Below, one piece after another: positions 10,068 to 19,363 of a stretch of DNA of 64,000 nt. A program made the translations under genes and the position numbers. The stretch is taken from IMG/VR virus record IMGVR_UViG_3300032677_000006; one strand, 5' to 3'. This DNA comes from a virus. The notes below the pieces were generated by a model. It worked only from the letters and a program-made list of their open reading frames with translations. It was not told the origin of the DNA and did not search any database. The number at the start of each line of letters is the position of its first letter. The stretch's first letter is position 1.

Positions 10068-10871
10068 ATGAACGGTCTGATGCTACATTGCGGTGCCCAC
10101 AACGTGACGCGCGAACAGGTCATGGAAGTCAAAACCCCCTCGCCCACCGATACCTGGTATCCCATCGCCCACGAGACCCTGATCTCCCGGGTCGAGCAGG
10201 CGCTGGGCAGCCTGAACATGCGCGTCATGGAGCAGGCGCACGCGCTCACCAAGAACGGCGACCGCTACTTCGGCCTCCTGCGCGTGGCCAACTGCCAGAA
10301 GACGGCGGACGACTACGCCTACGTCCTGGGCCTGCGCAACGCCCACGACAAAGCCTTCACCGCCTCCCTCGCCGTCGGGGCCAGCGTGTTCGTGTGCGAC
10401 AACCTCAGCTTCAGCGGCGAGATTACCATCGCCCGCAAGCACACCCGGTTCATCGAGCAGGACCTCCCGAAGCTCACCGGCAACGCCGTCGGGCTGCTCG
10501 CCCAGAAGTGGTCCGTCATGAACGACCGCATCGCCCAGTACAAGCAGACGATGCTGACCGACTCCACCGCCCACGACTTCATCATCCGCGCCACGGACAT
10601 TAACGCCTGCACGCTCCAGCAGATTCCGTCCATCCTCAAGGAATGGCGCACGCCCCGGCACCCGGAATTTGCCAAGGACAAGTCCGCCTGGCGTCTGCAC
10701 AACGCGTTCACGGAAGTTTACAAAGAGACCAGCCTGACCCTTCTGCCGCAACGGTCCATCCGTCTAAGCGGTTTAATGGACGCCCAGGTGGGCTTCGCCA
10801 CCACGACCGCAGCGGAGAAGGTTACGGCGGGCACGGTGGAAGTCGACGCAGCGGTCGTGGCCACGAACTAA
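10068..10871 (+). CDS. DUF932-family protein
   Basis: 'LMLHCGA..VTRE..TP..TDTW.PIAH..GLRNAHD..VFVCDNL..KHT..AW.LHNAFTE' pattern. Confidence 0.75.
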   Translation: MNGLMLHCGAHNVTREQVMEVKTPSPTDTWYPIAHETLISRVEQALGSLNMRVMEQAHALTKNGDRYFGLLRVANCQKTADDYAYVLGLRNAHDKAFTASLAVGASVFVCDNLSFSGEITIARKHTRFIEQDLPKLTGNAVGLLAQKWSVMNDRIAQYKQTMLTDSTAHDFIIRATDINACTLQQIPSILKEWRTPRHPEFAKDKSAWRLHNAFTEVYKETSLTLLPQRSIRLSGLMDAQVGFATTTAAEKVTAGTVEVDAAVVATN

Positions 10872-10879
10872 AACAAACA

Positions 10880-10907
10880 GGGCTGGCCTGCGAGGCCAGC
10901 CCTTTTT
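10880..10907 (+). terminator. Rho-independent terminator
   Basis: gggctggcct-gcg-aggccagccc hairpin followed by ttttt, just after the stop codon. Confidence 0.85.
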
Positions 10908-10920
10908 CGTCTACACTTAT

Positions 10921-11145
10921 ATGGCTGAAGCTAAAGCACCCGAACCGCCCCGCAAGCCGACCAAGATCATCCAGGTCAGCTACGGCATGTCCGTGAACAT
11001 CGGCAACTACGAATCCGTCAAGTTCGACCTGACGGCCCAGGTGACGCCGGACGAAGACTGGCGCGATGTCCTAGACTCGCTCCAACGCAAGTCGGCCCGC
11101 CTGAAGGAACACATCCAGGCCGAGCACGGCATCACCAACAGCTGA
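10921..11145 (+). CDS. Hypothetical protein
   Basis: 74 aa; 'VNIGNYESVKFD' motif is common in small phage proteins. Confidence 0.65.
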   Translation: MAEAKAPEPPRKPTKIIQVSYGMSVNIGNYESVKFDLTAQVTPDEDWRDVLDSLQRKSARLKEHIQAEHGITNS

Positions 11146-11370
11146 CTAGGTGTTGTTGTAGCTGCGCGGATTACCGGCCACATTGGGGCCGTTGTTCTTT
11201 TTCTGGTTGCCCGCGCAGTTGAAACCGCACTCGATGTTCGAGTTGGTCACGGTGTTGTCCGTGGCCAGACCGCTGTTGGTCGTGGGCGCGGGAGTCGAGA
11301 TGCGGCCCGAGCCAGCGGCGCTGGGTCCGTTGTCGTAGCGAGCGTTTGGATCAAAATTTTTATTGGCCAT
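11146..11370 (-). CDS. Hypothetical Asn/Gly-rich protein
   Basis: ORF preceded by GTAGTTA motif (11378-11384). Confidence 0.6.
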   Translation of the reverse strand: MANKNFDPNARYDNGPSAAGSGRISTPAPTTNSGLATDNTVTNSNIECGFNCAGNQKKNNGPNVAGNPRSYNNT

Positions 11371-11380
11371 AGCGTATTAA

Positions 11381-11638
11381 CTACATCGCCTGCTCCTGGC
11401 CTGGCCCGTTGACCCCGTAGTCAGGCACCCCAGGGGCCGGAATGATCTCCACCGACTGAATCGTCGGCACCGACGTGGGATTCGTCGCCCCGGCAGCGTT
11501 TGGCCCTACGGCGGGAATGATGGTGCCGTCCGGCGTGCGCCAGCTGAAGTTGTAAGGGTCGCGGGCGTATACCGTGACCTTGCTGATGGGCGGCGGGTTT
11601 CGCGGCTGCGCCAGCGCCCAGGGTGTGAATTCGGCCAT
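11381..11638 (-). CDS. Hypothetical protein
   Basis: ORF preceded by CTAGTTA motif variant. Confidence 0.6.
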   Translation of the reverse strand: MAEFTPWALAQPRNPPPISKVTVYARDPYNFSWRTPDGTIIPAVGPNAAGATNPTSVPTIQSVEIIPAPGVPDYGVNGPGQEQAM

Positions 11639-11644
11639 GCCTAA

Positions 11645-12244
11645 CTAGCGCTCCAGCACCAGCACGACCGGGTACAGTGTCTTGTCCAGGGACCAGATGG
11701 CCTCGTCCGGCGACTGCGGGCTTACCGGAAGCCATTCGCCGGTGCGGCTGTCCACCAGGGAAATCTTCAGCCCGTGATCCGTCGCCGTGCGCACGAACGA
11801 CTTCCAGAGGCGCTTGCCGCCTTCCAGGTGCTCAAAATCGGAGACCACCCCGCCCGCATACTGGACGTAGCTGAAATACCAGCGCGTCGCCACGCCGCCC
11901 CGGGCGAAGCTCTCCCGGATGCTCAGCCGGTGCGCCTGCATGTAGCCCTTGATGTTGGACGGGCGCAGCTGAACCGTCATGACCGGAACGATGCCGGTCC
12001 TTGGCGGGTTCTCGGTGTCAGGCACGGAAAACACGTAGCCGAAGTTGCCCGCCGGGGAAAGGGCGTAGGCGTAGTCGGCATCCTGGGTCATCAGCTGGCA
12101 GGCCCAGTAGTTGTCCATCGACAGGGGCCGGAAGCCGGAATCTCGCTGGTAGGCGAAGGGACCTGGGTAATACTGGGGCGACTCCCGGAGCTGGCCCAGG
12201 GTGGGCAGGTCCAGGAGCTTCGTCACTAGCTGATCGGCACGCAT
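11645..12244 (-). CDS. GNAT-fold-like hypothetical protein
   Basis: 'ARGGVATRWY..VVSD..GGKRLWK' resembles acetyltransferase motif A; TTGACA-N17-TACATT lies 6 nt upstream. Confidence 0.5.
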   Translation of the reverse strand: MRADQLVTKLLDLPTLGQLRESPQYYPGPFAYQRDSGFRPLSMDNYWACQLMTQDADYAYALSPAGNFGYVFSVPDTENPPRTGIVPVMTVQLRPSNIKGYMQAHRLSIRESFARGGVATRWYFSYVQYAGGVVSDFEHLEGGKRLWKSFVRTATDHGLKISLVDSRTGEWLPVSPQSPDEAIWSLDKTLYPVVLVLER

Positions 12245-12295
12245 ACTAAAAATGTATACAATCGACAGGTCGATGTCAATTTAAGCTTTAACCCG

Positions 12296-12802
12296 TCAAA
12301 AACTGGGCAGGATGTCGAACTGCCACGTCTCGCCCGGCACCGGCTCCAGGGTCCTGATGCTGGCGTGGTCGCTGTCCTGGTACCTTTGGCTGCCGAACAC
12401 ATTTTCCCGGTTGGAGTAAAACTCAACGCGCACGACCCCTGCTCCCATCCACTGGCGGCAGCCGCACTGGAACGGCACCTGAATCTTGTGCCGTTCCGCC
12501 ACGCTGGCATCGTGGCAGCGGTAGAGCTGGTCGTCGGGCATGGCTTGCAGATCGCGGAGCGTGCGCAACGGCCCGGCCTCCAGGAGCGCATCAACCAGGG
12601 CCACCGGCTTGCCGCGTTTGAGCGCTTCTTCCAGCTTGGCGTTCGTAAATGGCCGGTGCAGCAGGAGGTCCAGCTCGTTGTTGAGCGCCTTCAGCTCGGC
12701 GGATACGTGCGCAGTGGGCTGCGCCAGGCCGTCCAGGCGGTCATACTCAGCGTCCAACTGCGCGATACGCGCTTTAACCACGGCAAGTCGTCTCTGTCTC
12801 AC
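12296..12802 (-). CDS. Hypothetical protein (start re-assigned to GTG 12802)
   Basis: GTAGTTA 5 nt before GTG; internal 'LVDALLE' peptide. Confidence 0.55.
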   Translation of the reverse strand: MRQRRLAVVKARIAQLDAEYDRLDGLAQPTAHVSAELKALNNELDLLLHRPFTNAKLEEALKRGKPVALVDALLEAGPLRTLRDLQAMPDDQLYRCHDASVAERHKIQVPFQCGCRQWMGAGVVRVEFYSNRENVFGSQRYQDSDHASIRTLEPVPGETWQFDILPSF

Positions 12803-12837
12803 GCCCCTAACTACGGACAAATTCAGTTCTAGCGGGC

Positions 12838-13080
12838 ATGATCACGAATCGACTCGTTTCCATTGACATCCCGGGCGCGCCCGACGTCACGACCAAAGAC
12901 GCGGAGTGCTGCGACAAAATGGTGGAGGGCGTCCACACCCTCAACCTGGCGTGCGAACTGGCCGCCGCCAACGGCACGCACATCACCATGTGGCCGATGC
13001 ACTACTGCCCCTGGTGCGGCAAATCGTTTACCGAATCGGCGAAGGAATTCCTGGCCAAGCAGCCGGTCAAAGGTACGTGA
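12838..13080 (+). CDS. Small Cys-rich (zinc-binding) protein
   Basis: CC...YCPWCG; GTTCTA 6 nt upstream. Confidence 0.6.
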   Translation: MITNRLVSIDIPGAPDVTTKDAECCDKMVEGVHTLNLACELAAANGTHITMWPMHYCPWCGKSFTESAKEFLAKQPVKGT

Positions 13081-13996
13081 ACTTTGCAGGCTGGCGGCTG
13101 CCGATCACGGTGCCGTGGAAATGGGACCTGATGTTGTCGGCCACGAACGCGTCAGTCGCGTAGTCCAGGTGCGTGATGGCCACGACATCCGGACGCGTCA
13201 GCCGCAGGCTGAGCTTGAAGTCGCTCTCCGACCACTCAAATACCCGGCGCACGCGCTTGGTCGTGGAGGCGATCTCCGGCTCCAGCTTCAGCTCAACCCA
13301 GGTCAGCTCCTTGCCGCCACAGGGGCCGCTGGGGCCGCCCGTGCGGATTGGCAGCGTCCGGTACACCGAGCAGATGGTCCAGTTGAAGCAGGACAAGCCG
13401 TTGCGCCCGATAATGGACAGCGGCAGCGTTGACCGGCTGGTCACGTACGGGTACACGCCAAAGTTGGTGTCCAGCAGCGCTCCCTGGCTGCCCTCGACGA
13501 TCCAGTCGAAACTGGACAGCTCCTCCACCAGGTCCAGCCACTCCGCCGACTTCACGACGGTTACGCCTGGGATTGGGTAGTAGCCCGCCACGGCATTGGG
13601 CTGCCTTAGCGTATACTTTTTGTACCGGGCGTACCCGCTGCCGGTACAGGTGCTGGAGATGCTCCGCCCCAAGCCCAGCTCTTGCTCCGCGACGCGGTCG
13701 TCAGGCAGGGTGATGGCCGCGTTCTCGTGGACGTAGACGCGAGCATTCTTTGGCAGCTGCGCCAGCTCGCGGGCCAGCTGGTCCAGGTCGATCACCGCGT
13801 CCGGCCCGATCAGCGTGGCGTTGGCCCGCATGGCGCAGGAGGGCAGGCAGTGGGTACACCAGGCTGAGTTGGTGTGGCCGGAGTTGGGGCCGGACTCGGC
13901 GAAGGCGACCAGGGCTTGGGTCTGCCGGGCGAAGTAATCGGCCACGCAGCCCTTGCCCTCGGAGCCGTAGAGACCGCCGCAAATCAATAGCTTCAT
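13067..13996 (-). CDS. Adenylosuccinate synthetase-family enzyme, PurZ/PurZ0-like (catalytic Asp replaced by Ser)
   Basis: GSEGKG, GPNSGHT, EGSQG.LLD..FG.YPYVTSR, RTLPIRTGGPSGP, TTKRVRRV, THLD; start re-assigned to ATG 13996. Confidence 0.85.
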   Translation of the reverse strand: MKLLICGGLYGSEGKGCVADYFARQTQALVAFAESGPNSGHTNSAWCTHCLPSCAMRANATLIGPDAVIDLDQLARELAQLPKNARVYVHENAAITLPDDRVAEQELGLGRSISSTCTGSGYARYKKYTLRQPNAVAGYYPIPGVTVVKSAEWLDLVEELSSFDWIVEGSQGALLDTNFGVYPYVTSRSTLPLSIIGRNGLSCFNWTICSVYRTLPIRTGGPSGPCGGKELTWVELKLEPEIASTTKRVRRVFEWSESDFKLSLRLTRPDVVAITHLDYATDAFVADNIRSHFHGTVIGSRQPAKFTYL

Positions 13997-14003
13997 AGCT
14001 CTG

Positions 14004-16037
14004 CTAGTTGACCGGGCAAGCGGTTTTGACTTTCGCTCTTCCACCTTTAATCGTGCCGAACGGCCCTTGCGAGGCTTGGTGCAAATGCCTTATGCCAGCT
14101 ACGATAGACAGTAGCGCGCTGGGCTTTGTCAATTCATCCGAGTTTTTCATTTTGTTGGCCTTAAGGTAGGCGTAAATGTGCGTCATAGCCAAGCTCACGT
14201 GCCCGATTACCTGGCTCTCAAAAGCTCGTCGGTAGCTAGTCATTTCAGCGCCGTCATCCACACCGTCGGCTCTTAGCTTGAGTTCGCACATGTCCCACGC
14301 ATCTTTGACTAGAGGATGTGTCATGTCTACAATGCCTCTAGGCTCTTTTTGATCTGTATTCCATTCTACCGGAAATCCTCCTTCTACTGTACCCTTATTA
14401 ACGGTTATCAAGCCTCGACTATTTTGAAAATCCCTGCCGCGACCGCCCAAATGTCCCGGCAAGCGGTAACCGCCGCGATTACCACTGTCGGTGTCGCCGT
14501 CCGATTCATCCGATCTTTCGTAAGCAGGCTGTTTCTTTTCCGCGCGTCGAGTTTCTACGACAGTATGCGCCATGAACGGAAAATACTGCTTAAGGTGCTC
14601 CACGATGCTCGCATCCGTTTCAGGTCGATCTACGCTTAAACCTTCAAAGTAGGCGTCCACCGCTTTTGATATGAAGTCAGGCCGGTTTACCCTGTAGGCT
14701 GCCGCCCACTCAAGCTCCGGCAGCGGCGCGCCACCTTTAGTCTTACTTTGGTATAGTAGAGTGCGCCTGGACTGATCCGCAAAAACACAGATGTCACCGT
14801 CGTCCTTCGGCTCTAGGATTAAAGCCAAACGTCGCCGTACATCCATTAAGTTTATCCAGTCAAAAAGCGCAGTTTTTCCCTCTGACAGCATGCGCACGTT
14901 AAAAGTTTCGACTAAGTCTAAGTCGGGATGGCATTTCCAGATGCTAGCGATGAGCGGAAGTGAAGGATAATTACCGGCGGCATAGTGATTGTCACCACCA
15001 ACGGTGCCGCTGCTTTTTTCCAGCTCAGGCAGCAGCAAGGTGTCTACACTAACAGGAACTTCTGCGCCAGCTTTAAGCAGCGTCTGACCGCGCTTAGCCT
15101 CCTTGCCCTCTTTAGTAGCGGCGACAACGTAAGACTCCAGACACTTTTTCATGCCGATGACTGTCCTGCTGCTTATGCCTCCAGTGCCAGGTGCCGTTGG
15201 CCAGCTGCTCGGTTGATTCCAGTTTTTTCTTGCCTCTTCTGTTCCCACGGAAGCAACCGTAATTTTGAAGTTGTCGGGAATAGAATAAAAACGGGTGTTC
15301 AGGTAGCGGCAAAGACCGTACTTGGTGTCGTGTTCGTTCCTCTTAAAGTCACCAAGTATGGTGTGTTCTTTTCCACGCTGCCCGAGTAGCACGATAACCG
15401 TGCCGTGCCCAGCCTCTTTCACAAACTTAGGGACTACTTTAAGCCAGTTAATACCGTCTAATTCAGGCACGTATCCGCAATCGTTTAACAGTGTCAATGG
15501 CATCACTGTTGTAGCATCCTCGTTTCTTCCAAAACCGGAGACCCAGTCGCCGATAAAATCGTCGCTTTCTTGAGTTTCTCGCCCATCGAAATAATCAGAC
15601 AACAGCTCCCGCGCGCCGTAGTCCAAGGTACCGTCGTCTTTCTCTTCCCTCTGAAGCCACATCATATTGGTTTCTATCCGCCCGTTCAGCGTAACCACGG
15701 AAATGACCACAACACCGTAACCGTTCCACGGCAGTACGCTGCTCTTAAAGCCTACACCGTAGTTTCCTGTAATGGCTCCGATAGTGCGGCCTGAACCGCC
15801 AAATTTATTCAAAAAAGCTGGCATTTGCTGCGCACTCATGCCTGATCCGTTGTCGGCCACAAGCCGTCGGTACACTTGTTGGCTGCGTACTGCTTGCCAC
15901 TCCACGTCGAACCGCACATCAGTCGCACCAGCTTGGAGGGCGTTTACGGCGGCTTCTCTTGACCATTGATAAGCCTCTGAAGATTCGTAGGCTCGGTTAA
16001 TGTGAGCGTAGACGCCCACCATTTGCATATATTTCAT
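14004..16037 (-). CDS. GHKL (HATPase_c, MORC/Hsp90-like) ATPase
   Basis: REAAVNALQA (N box), DNGSGM (G1), GNYGVGFK (G2); purine-rich RBS before ATG 16037 (alternative start GTG 16058). Confidence 0.8.
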   Translation of the reverse strand: MKYMQMVGVYAHINRAYESSEAYQWSREAAVNALQAGATDVRFDVEWQAVRSQQVYRRLVADNGSGMSAQQMPAFLNKFGGSGRTIGAITGNYGVGFKSSVLPWNGYGVVVISVVTLNGRIETNMMWLQREEKDDGTLDYGARELLSDYFDGRETQESDDFIGDWVSGFGRNEDATTVMPLTLLNDCGYVPELDGINWLKVVPKFVKEAGHGTVIVLLGQRGKEHTILGDFKRNEHDTKYGLCRYLNTRFYSIPDNFKITVASVGTEEARKNWNQPSSWPTAPGTGGISSRTVIGMKKCLESYVVAATKEGKEAKRGQTLLKAGAEVPVSVDTLLLPELEKSSGTVGGDNHYAAGNYPSLPLIASIWKCHPDLDLVETFNVRMLSEGKTALFDWINLMDVRRRLALILEPKDDGDICVFADQSRRTLLYQSKTKGGAPLPELEWAAAYRVNRPDFISKAVDAYFEGLSVDRPETDASIVEHLKQYFPFMAHTVVETRRAEKKQPAYERSDESDGDTDSGNRGGYRLPGHLGGRGRDFQNSRGLITVNKGTVEGGFPVEWNTDQKEPRGIVDMTHPLVKDAWDMCELKLRADGVDDGAEMTSYRRAFESQVIGHVSLAMTHIYAYLKANKMKNSDELTKPSALLSIVAGIRHLHQASQGPFGTIKGGRAKVKTACPVN

Positions 16038-16091
16038 GTTTTCCTTTCCCAGTCCCACCGGTTAATTCCAGCAAGTCCGGTTACACGCCGA

Positions 16092-16955
16092 CTATAGTTC
16101 AGCGCTGCCGTTAAGAACAAGAGAAAAACCTTTGTGTGCGCAAATTTCGCTCGCTTTTTTCCACTCAGCCACTCCCACTACTTCGCGGTGGGCGCGATGG
16201 GCTGTGTCCATCGAGTATCTCGTATCTATGAGCTTTTTGTCTACGCGCCAGTACAAGTCGCAGGCAACCCTATCTTTATTATCGTAGGTCAGTACCCACT
16301 TTCTCAGCGTGCGCAAGGCTTTTGCAAAATTCCTGTGCTCGCTTTCAGTCATGCTAACGCCGTAAAGTTTATTTTTGCCGTCCATAAGGTACGGCGGATC
16401 AATAAAGCAGGGACAACTGAATCGACGTACAAATTCAACAGCGTCCAGTTCCGTCACAACAGTGCGTCCGGACAGAAGTTCATGGTAGGCTACTAAAAGG
16501 GCGCTTAAAGCGCCTACGTTATAGCGACAACCGATTGGCCACTTACTTTTCTGCTCCAGGCCGCCTATCGGACGTGAGTCGTGTACGATGCCGTTCCACG
16601 AGGTTCGGTTCATGAATATCGCCTTAAAAGCCCGATTCAAGTCTGTTTTGGGTTCACTGCTGCGGGTGGACCGCCACAGGCTTAATGTTGGCACCACATC
16701 AATCAGTTTAATTAGCTGATTGACACCGGCAGAGGGTCCGCAGATTACGCGCCATAACCCGGCTATGAGCGGGTCTTTGTCGTTCAGCCTTAACTTGATT
16801 TTTGGAAAATGGCGCGCCACGTGCAACGCCACCGAACCACCACCGACGAAAGGTTCGCCGTACTCAGTTTCATTTTTAAGCATTCCGACCAGGTACGGCT
16901 GTAGATCGCCGAGCATTCGACTTTTTCCGCCAGGGTACCGTAATAGGCATTTCAT
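16092..16955 (-). CDS. Dam-like (D12 class) N6-adenine DNA methyltransferase
   Basis: LRYPGGKS, EPFVGGGSV, LND, DPPY motifs. Confidence 0.9.
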   Translation of the reverse strand: MKCLLRYPGGKSRMLGDLQPYLVGMLKNETEYGEPFVGGGSVALHVARHFPKIKLRLNDKDPLIAGLWRVICGPSAGVNQLIKLIDVVPTLSLWRSTRSSEPKTDLNRAFKAIFMNRTSWNGIVHDSRPIGGLEQKSKWPIGCRYNVGALSALLVAYHELLSGRTVVTELDAVEFVRRFSCPCFIDPPYLMDGKNKLYGVSMTESEHRNFAKALRTLRKWVLTYDNKDRVACDLYWRVDKKLIDTRYSMDTAHRAHREVVGVAEWKKASEICAHKGFSLVLNGSAEL

Positions 16956-17050
16956 GTCGCCAGTATAGAACACACACAGACGAGCCGTGGCCAGCTGAAA
17001 AATGACTAAACGTCAGCATTGTTCCACGTGGAACACGTAATAAGTTTATC

Positions 17051-17272
17051 TTAGTAGTCTAACAGTTTGTCTACAATGTCGCTGGCGCTCTCCGCCTGGT
17101 GGCGCAGCTTGCCACCCCGCAGCTTAAACCCGGATTTGTTGACCCACTTCCCCACGGTGCCGGGAGCCACCTTGGCGGACTTGGCGATCTGCGCGTTCGA
17201 CTGGCCGCCCTGGCGGCAGCGGATGGCGGCAGCTTTTGAGCAGATGTCTCGAAAATTGAGTTTATGTCCCAC
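17051..17272 (-). CDS. Small helix-turn-helix protein
   Basis: 'SNAQIAKSAKVAPGTVGKWV' HTH; C-terminal 'DIVDKLLD'. Confidence 0.6.
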   Translation of the reverse strand: MGHKLNFRDICSKAAAIRCRQGGQSNAQIAKSAKVAPGTVGKWVNKSGFKLRGGKLRHQAESASDIVDKLLDY

Positions 17273-17315
17273 GGTATAGTTACACCACCAGCCTCTGACA
17301 ACGAAAAGTTTAAGG

Positions 17316-17359
17316 CTGGCGGCGGGCTACCCTTCCTCCTACAAGTAGCCCGCTGCCAG
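17316..17359 (-). terminator. Hairpin, probable terminator for ORF 17365-17718
   Basis: ctggcggcgggctac / gtagcccgctgccag inverted repeat immediately after the stop. Confidence 0.6.
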
Positions 17360-17364
17360 ATTGC

Positions 17365-17718
17365 TTAGGACGCAGGAGCCACGGGCGCGACCGTCGAGAT
17401 GGCTTGCGCCTGGGTCACCAGCGCCGCACTGTGCGCTTTCAGGGTAGTCAGCGCGGCCTGGTCGGCGGCGCTCAGGGTCCCGGGTGAGTTGTTGAAGGCG
17501 GTAATTTCAGCATCCAAGGCTGAAATGCCCGTGACCACGGCAGCCAGCGCCGTTTGAATTCCCGTCAGGTCGGCATCTTCGGTGGCCGCCCAGTCTGTGA
17601 TTGCACTCATTATTAGTTCTTTCGTTCTTTGCAGGTCCTGTACGGTTGCAGGCGTTCCGATGGACTTGCGGAAATCGGAAATCTGCTTTGACAGCACGTC
17701 AAATTGTTGATCGTTCAT
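17365..17718 (-). CDS. Hypothetical Ala-rich helical protein
   Basis: 117-aa ORF followed by a hairpin. Confidence 0.6.
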   Translation of the reverse strand: MNDQQFDVLSKQISDFRKSIGTPATVQDLQRTKELIMSAITDWAATEDADLTGIQTALAAVVTGISALDAEITAFNNSPGTLSAADQAALTTLKAHSAALVTQAQAISTVAPVAPAS

Positions 17719-17869
17719 AAATTAAAAGGAGTTGGGCGGTGTCGCTACAATGCGCACCAGGTCGAAAACAAAAGACAGAATTCACGAACCTGACCCTAGC
17801 CTGTTTTTAGCTAAGTGCCTATCAGGTGTTTACCTACCGGCAGAAACTGAGAAGTGGACCGATTTGTGC

Positions 17870-18484
17870 TCAGTCAAGCTGGACCTGGCGCTCCTGGGCC
17901 AGCCTGACCTGGTCGGCGGCGAAAGCGTCCTTCAGCCCCTGGTCCGCCTGGGCCATCATGGCGATGACGCCCAACACGTTCCTGTAGACGTACTGCGCGG
18001 GCTTGCCACCGTCGTCTTCCGCTTCCAGCGGAATGTAGACAGGATTGGCCGTGCCGCTCAGTGTGGACGCGTCCACCATCAGCACGTACTTGCCGCCGCC
18101 CAGGGCCTCCTTGAGCGTGGTGACCTGGGCCGTGACCCCAAACATCTCGTGGCCGGTGATGTCCTTGCCCAGGGACTTTTTCTTGGCGTGCGGGTCGTAG
18201 CCTTCGTAGGAGGTGACGTAAGCGATGTTTGACGGCTGACGCAGGGAGACGTTGACGGAGAAATCTCCCTTCAGCCAGCCGAAGTGCGTGGTCGAGGCCC
18301 CGATGACGCTCTCAAAGCCCTGCTCCTTCATGAACTGGTTCACGGCCATCAGGCCGATGCGCCAGGCGGCGTGCCGCTGGCCCAGGGAAAGCTTCTTGGG
18401 CGGCCCTGGCTTGACGACGGAGGTTTCGCCGGTCGGGCTGACGGCGAACACCCGTTCGATCTTGGCTGGCAGCAAATTGCTCAC
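17870..18484 (-). CDS. Hypothetical protein (start re-assigned to GTG 18484)
   Basis: GTTCTT 7 nt upstream; codon usage typical of the window. Confidence 0.6.
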   Translation of the reverse strand: MSNLLPAKIERVFAVSPTGETSVVKPGPPKKLSLGQRHAAWRIGLMAVNQFMKEQGFESVIGASTTHFGWLKGDFSVNVSLRQPSNIAYVTSYEGYDPHAKKKSLGKDITGHEMFGVTAQVTTLKEALGGGKYVLMVDASTLSGTANPVYIPLEAEDDGGKPAQYVYRNVLGVIAMMAQADQGLKDAFAADQVRLAQERQVQLD

Positions 18485-18500
18485 AGCCTGGAAGAACAAA

Positions 18501-19280
18501 TTACGCGCGCCGAGAAGCCCACCAGAGCTTGACGGCGGCGCTGCGGGCGGCGCGGTGCTCGGGCGTCTGCGGGCGGCCTAGTTTTACGGCTGACTGCTTT
18601 CGCCGTGTGGCGGCTGAGACCTTGTGACCGATCTGGCTAGTGCCGTCACGCTTGGGCATGTGGGCGCTGGCCTCCTCGAACCAACCCTCCCGCTTGGCAA
18701 CACGGTAAGACCCCTGAGAGCCGTCGATCCAGGCTTGTCTGGTAGTGAACTTCCGAGCTTCTGCCACGATCAGCTCTTTGGTCCACTTGCGACCACGCAC
18801 AGTGCCAACAGAGCCTCCGCTATTCCGATTCAACATGGTCCAGCCTTCGTTCTTGTACTGCGCGATGGCCAGCTTCTCCGCCTCCGGAGCTTGCTCCCGG
18901 GTCAAGCTCGTGGCCAGAACCTTGCGCGTGTAGGTGCCACAGACATCAGCGTGCTCCGCTACCGGGCCACTGACCTTGTGCGCGTACTGCCTGGCTCGTG
19001 GCAAGAAAGTCAACCCGACGTACGCGTGCTTGTCGGCAAATTCGTACACGTAGATTTCGTAGTCAGCCGCGAACGGGCTGGCCATAGGCGTCATGTGGGC
19101 GCAACACCGGTCAAGCAGGCCCCTTGAACTAGCCGCCTGGTAGTGGTTGTTGGCGTAGCGCTTCCAGTGCGAACGATGCGGATACTGCGCAGCAGATGCC
19201 ATCAGCTCTTCGTCTGTGTACTTCCAACGTACTTTGTACGCATGCTTTGGATTATTCTTAGATGTGTAGCTCATGTACAT
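18501..19280 (-). mobile_element. Free-standing GIY-YIG homing endonuclease with NUMOD-like basic tail
   Basis: IYVY..AYVGLT..R..H..E..LN catalytic pattern; basic C-terminal repeats; sits just downstream of the capsid gene terminator. Confidence 0.75.
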
Positions 19281-19314
19281 ACACTAATGTATCATGCAGT
19301 CAAACGCAACAAAT

Positions 19315-19341
19315 AAAAAACCCACGGTTTCCCGTGGGTTT
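19315..19341 (-). terminator. Rho-independent terminator of the major capsid gene
   Basis: aaacccacgg-gaaa-ccgtgggttt hairpin plus U-tract on the minus strand. Confidence 0.9.
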
Positions 19342-19363
19342 GTGAAGACTTAAGCGGCTAGGC

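Noticed and set aside
19281-19363. Group I intron associated with the GIY-YIG gene
   Set aside because: The capsid ORF is uninterrupted and ends before a terminator; no intron core elements are recognisable
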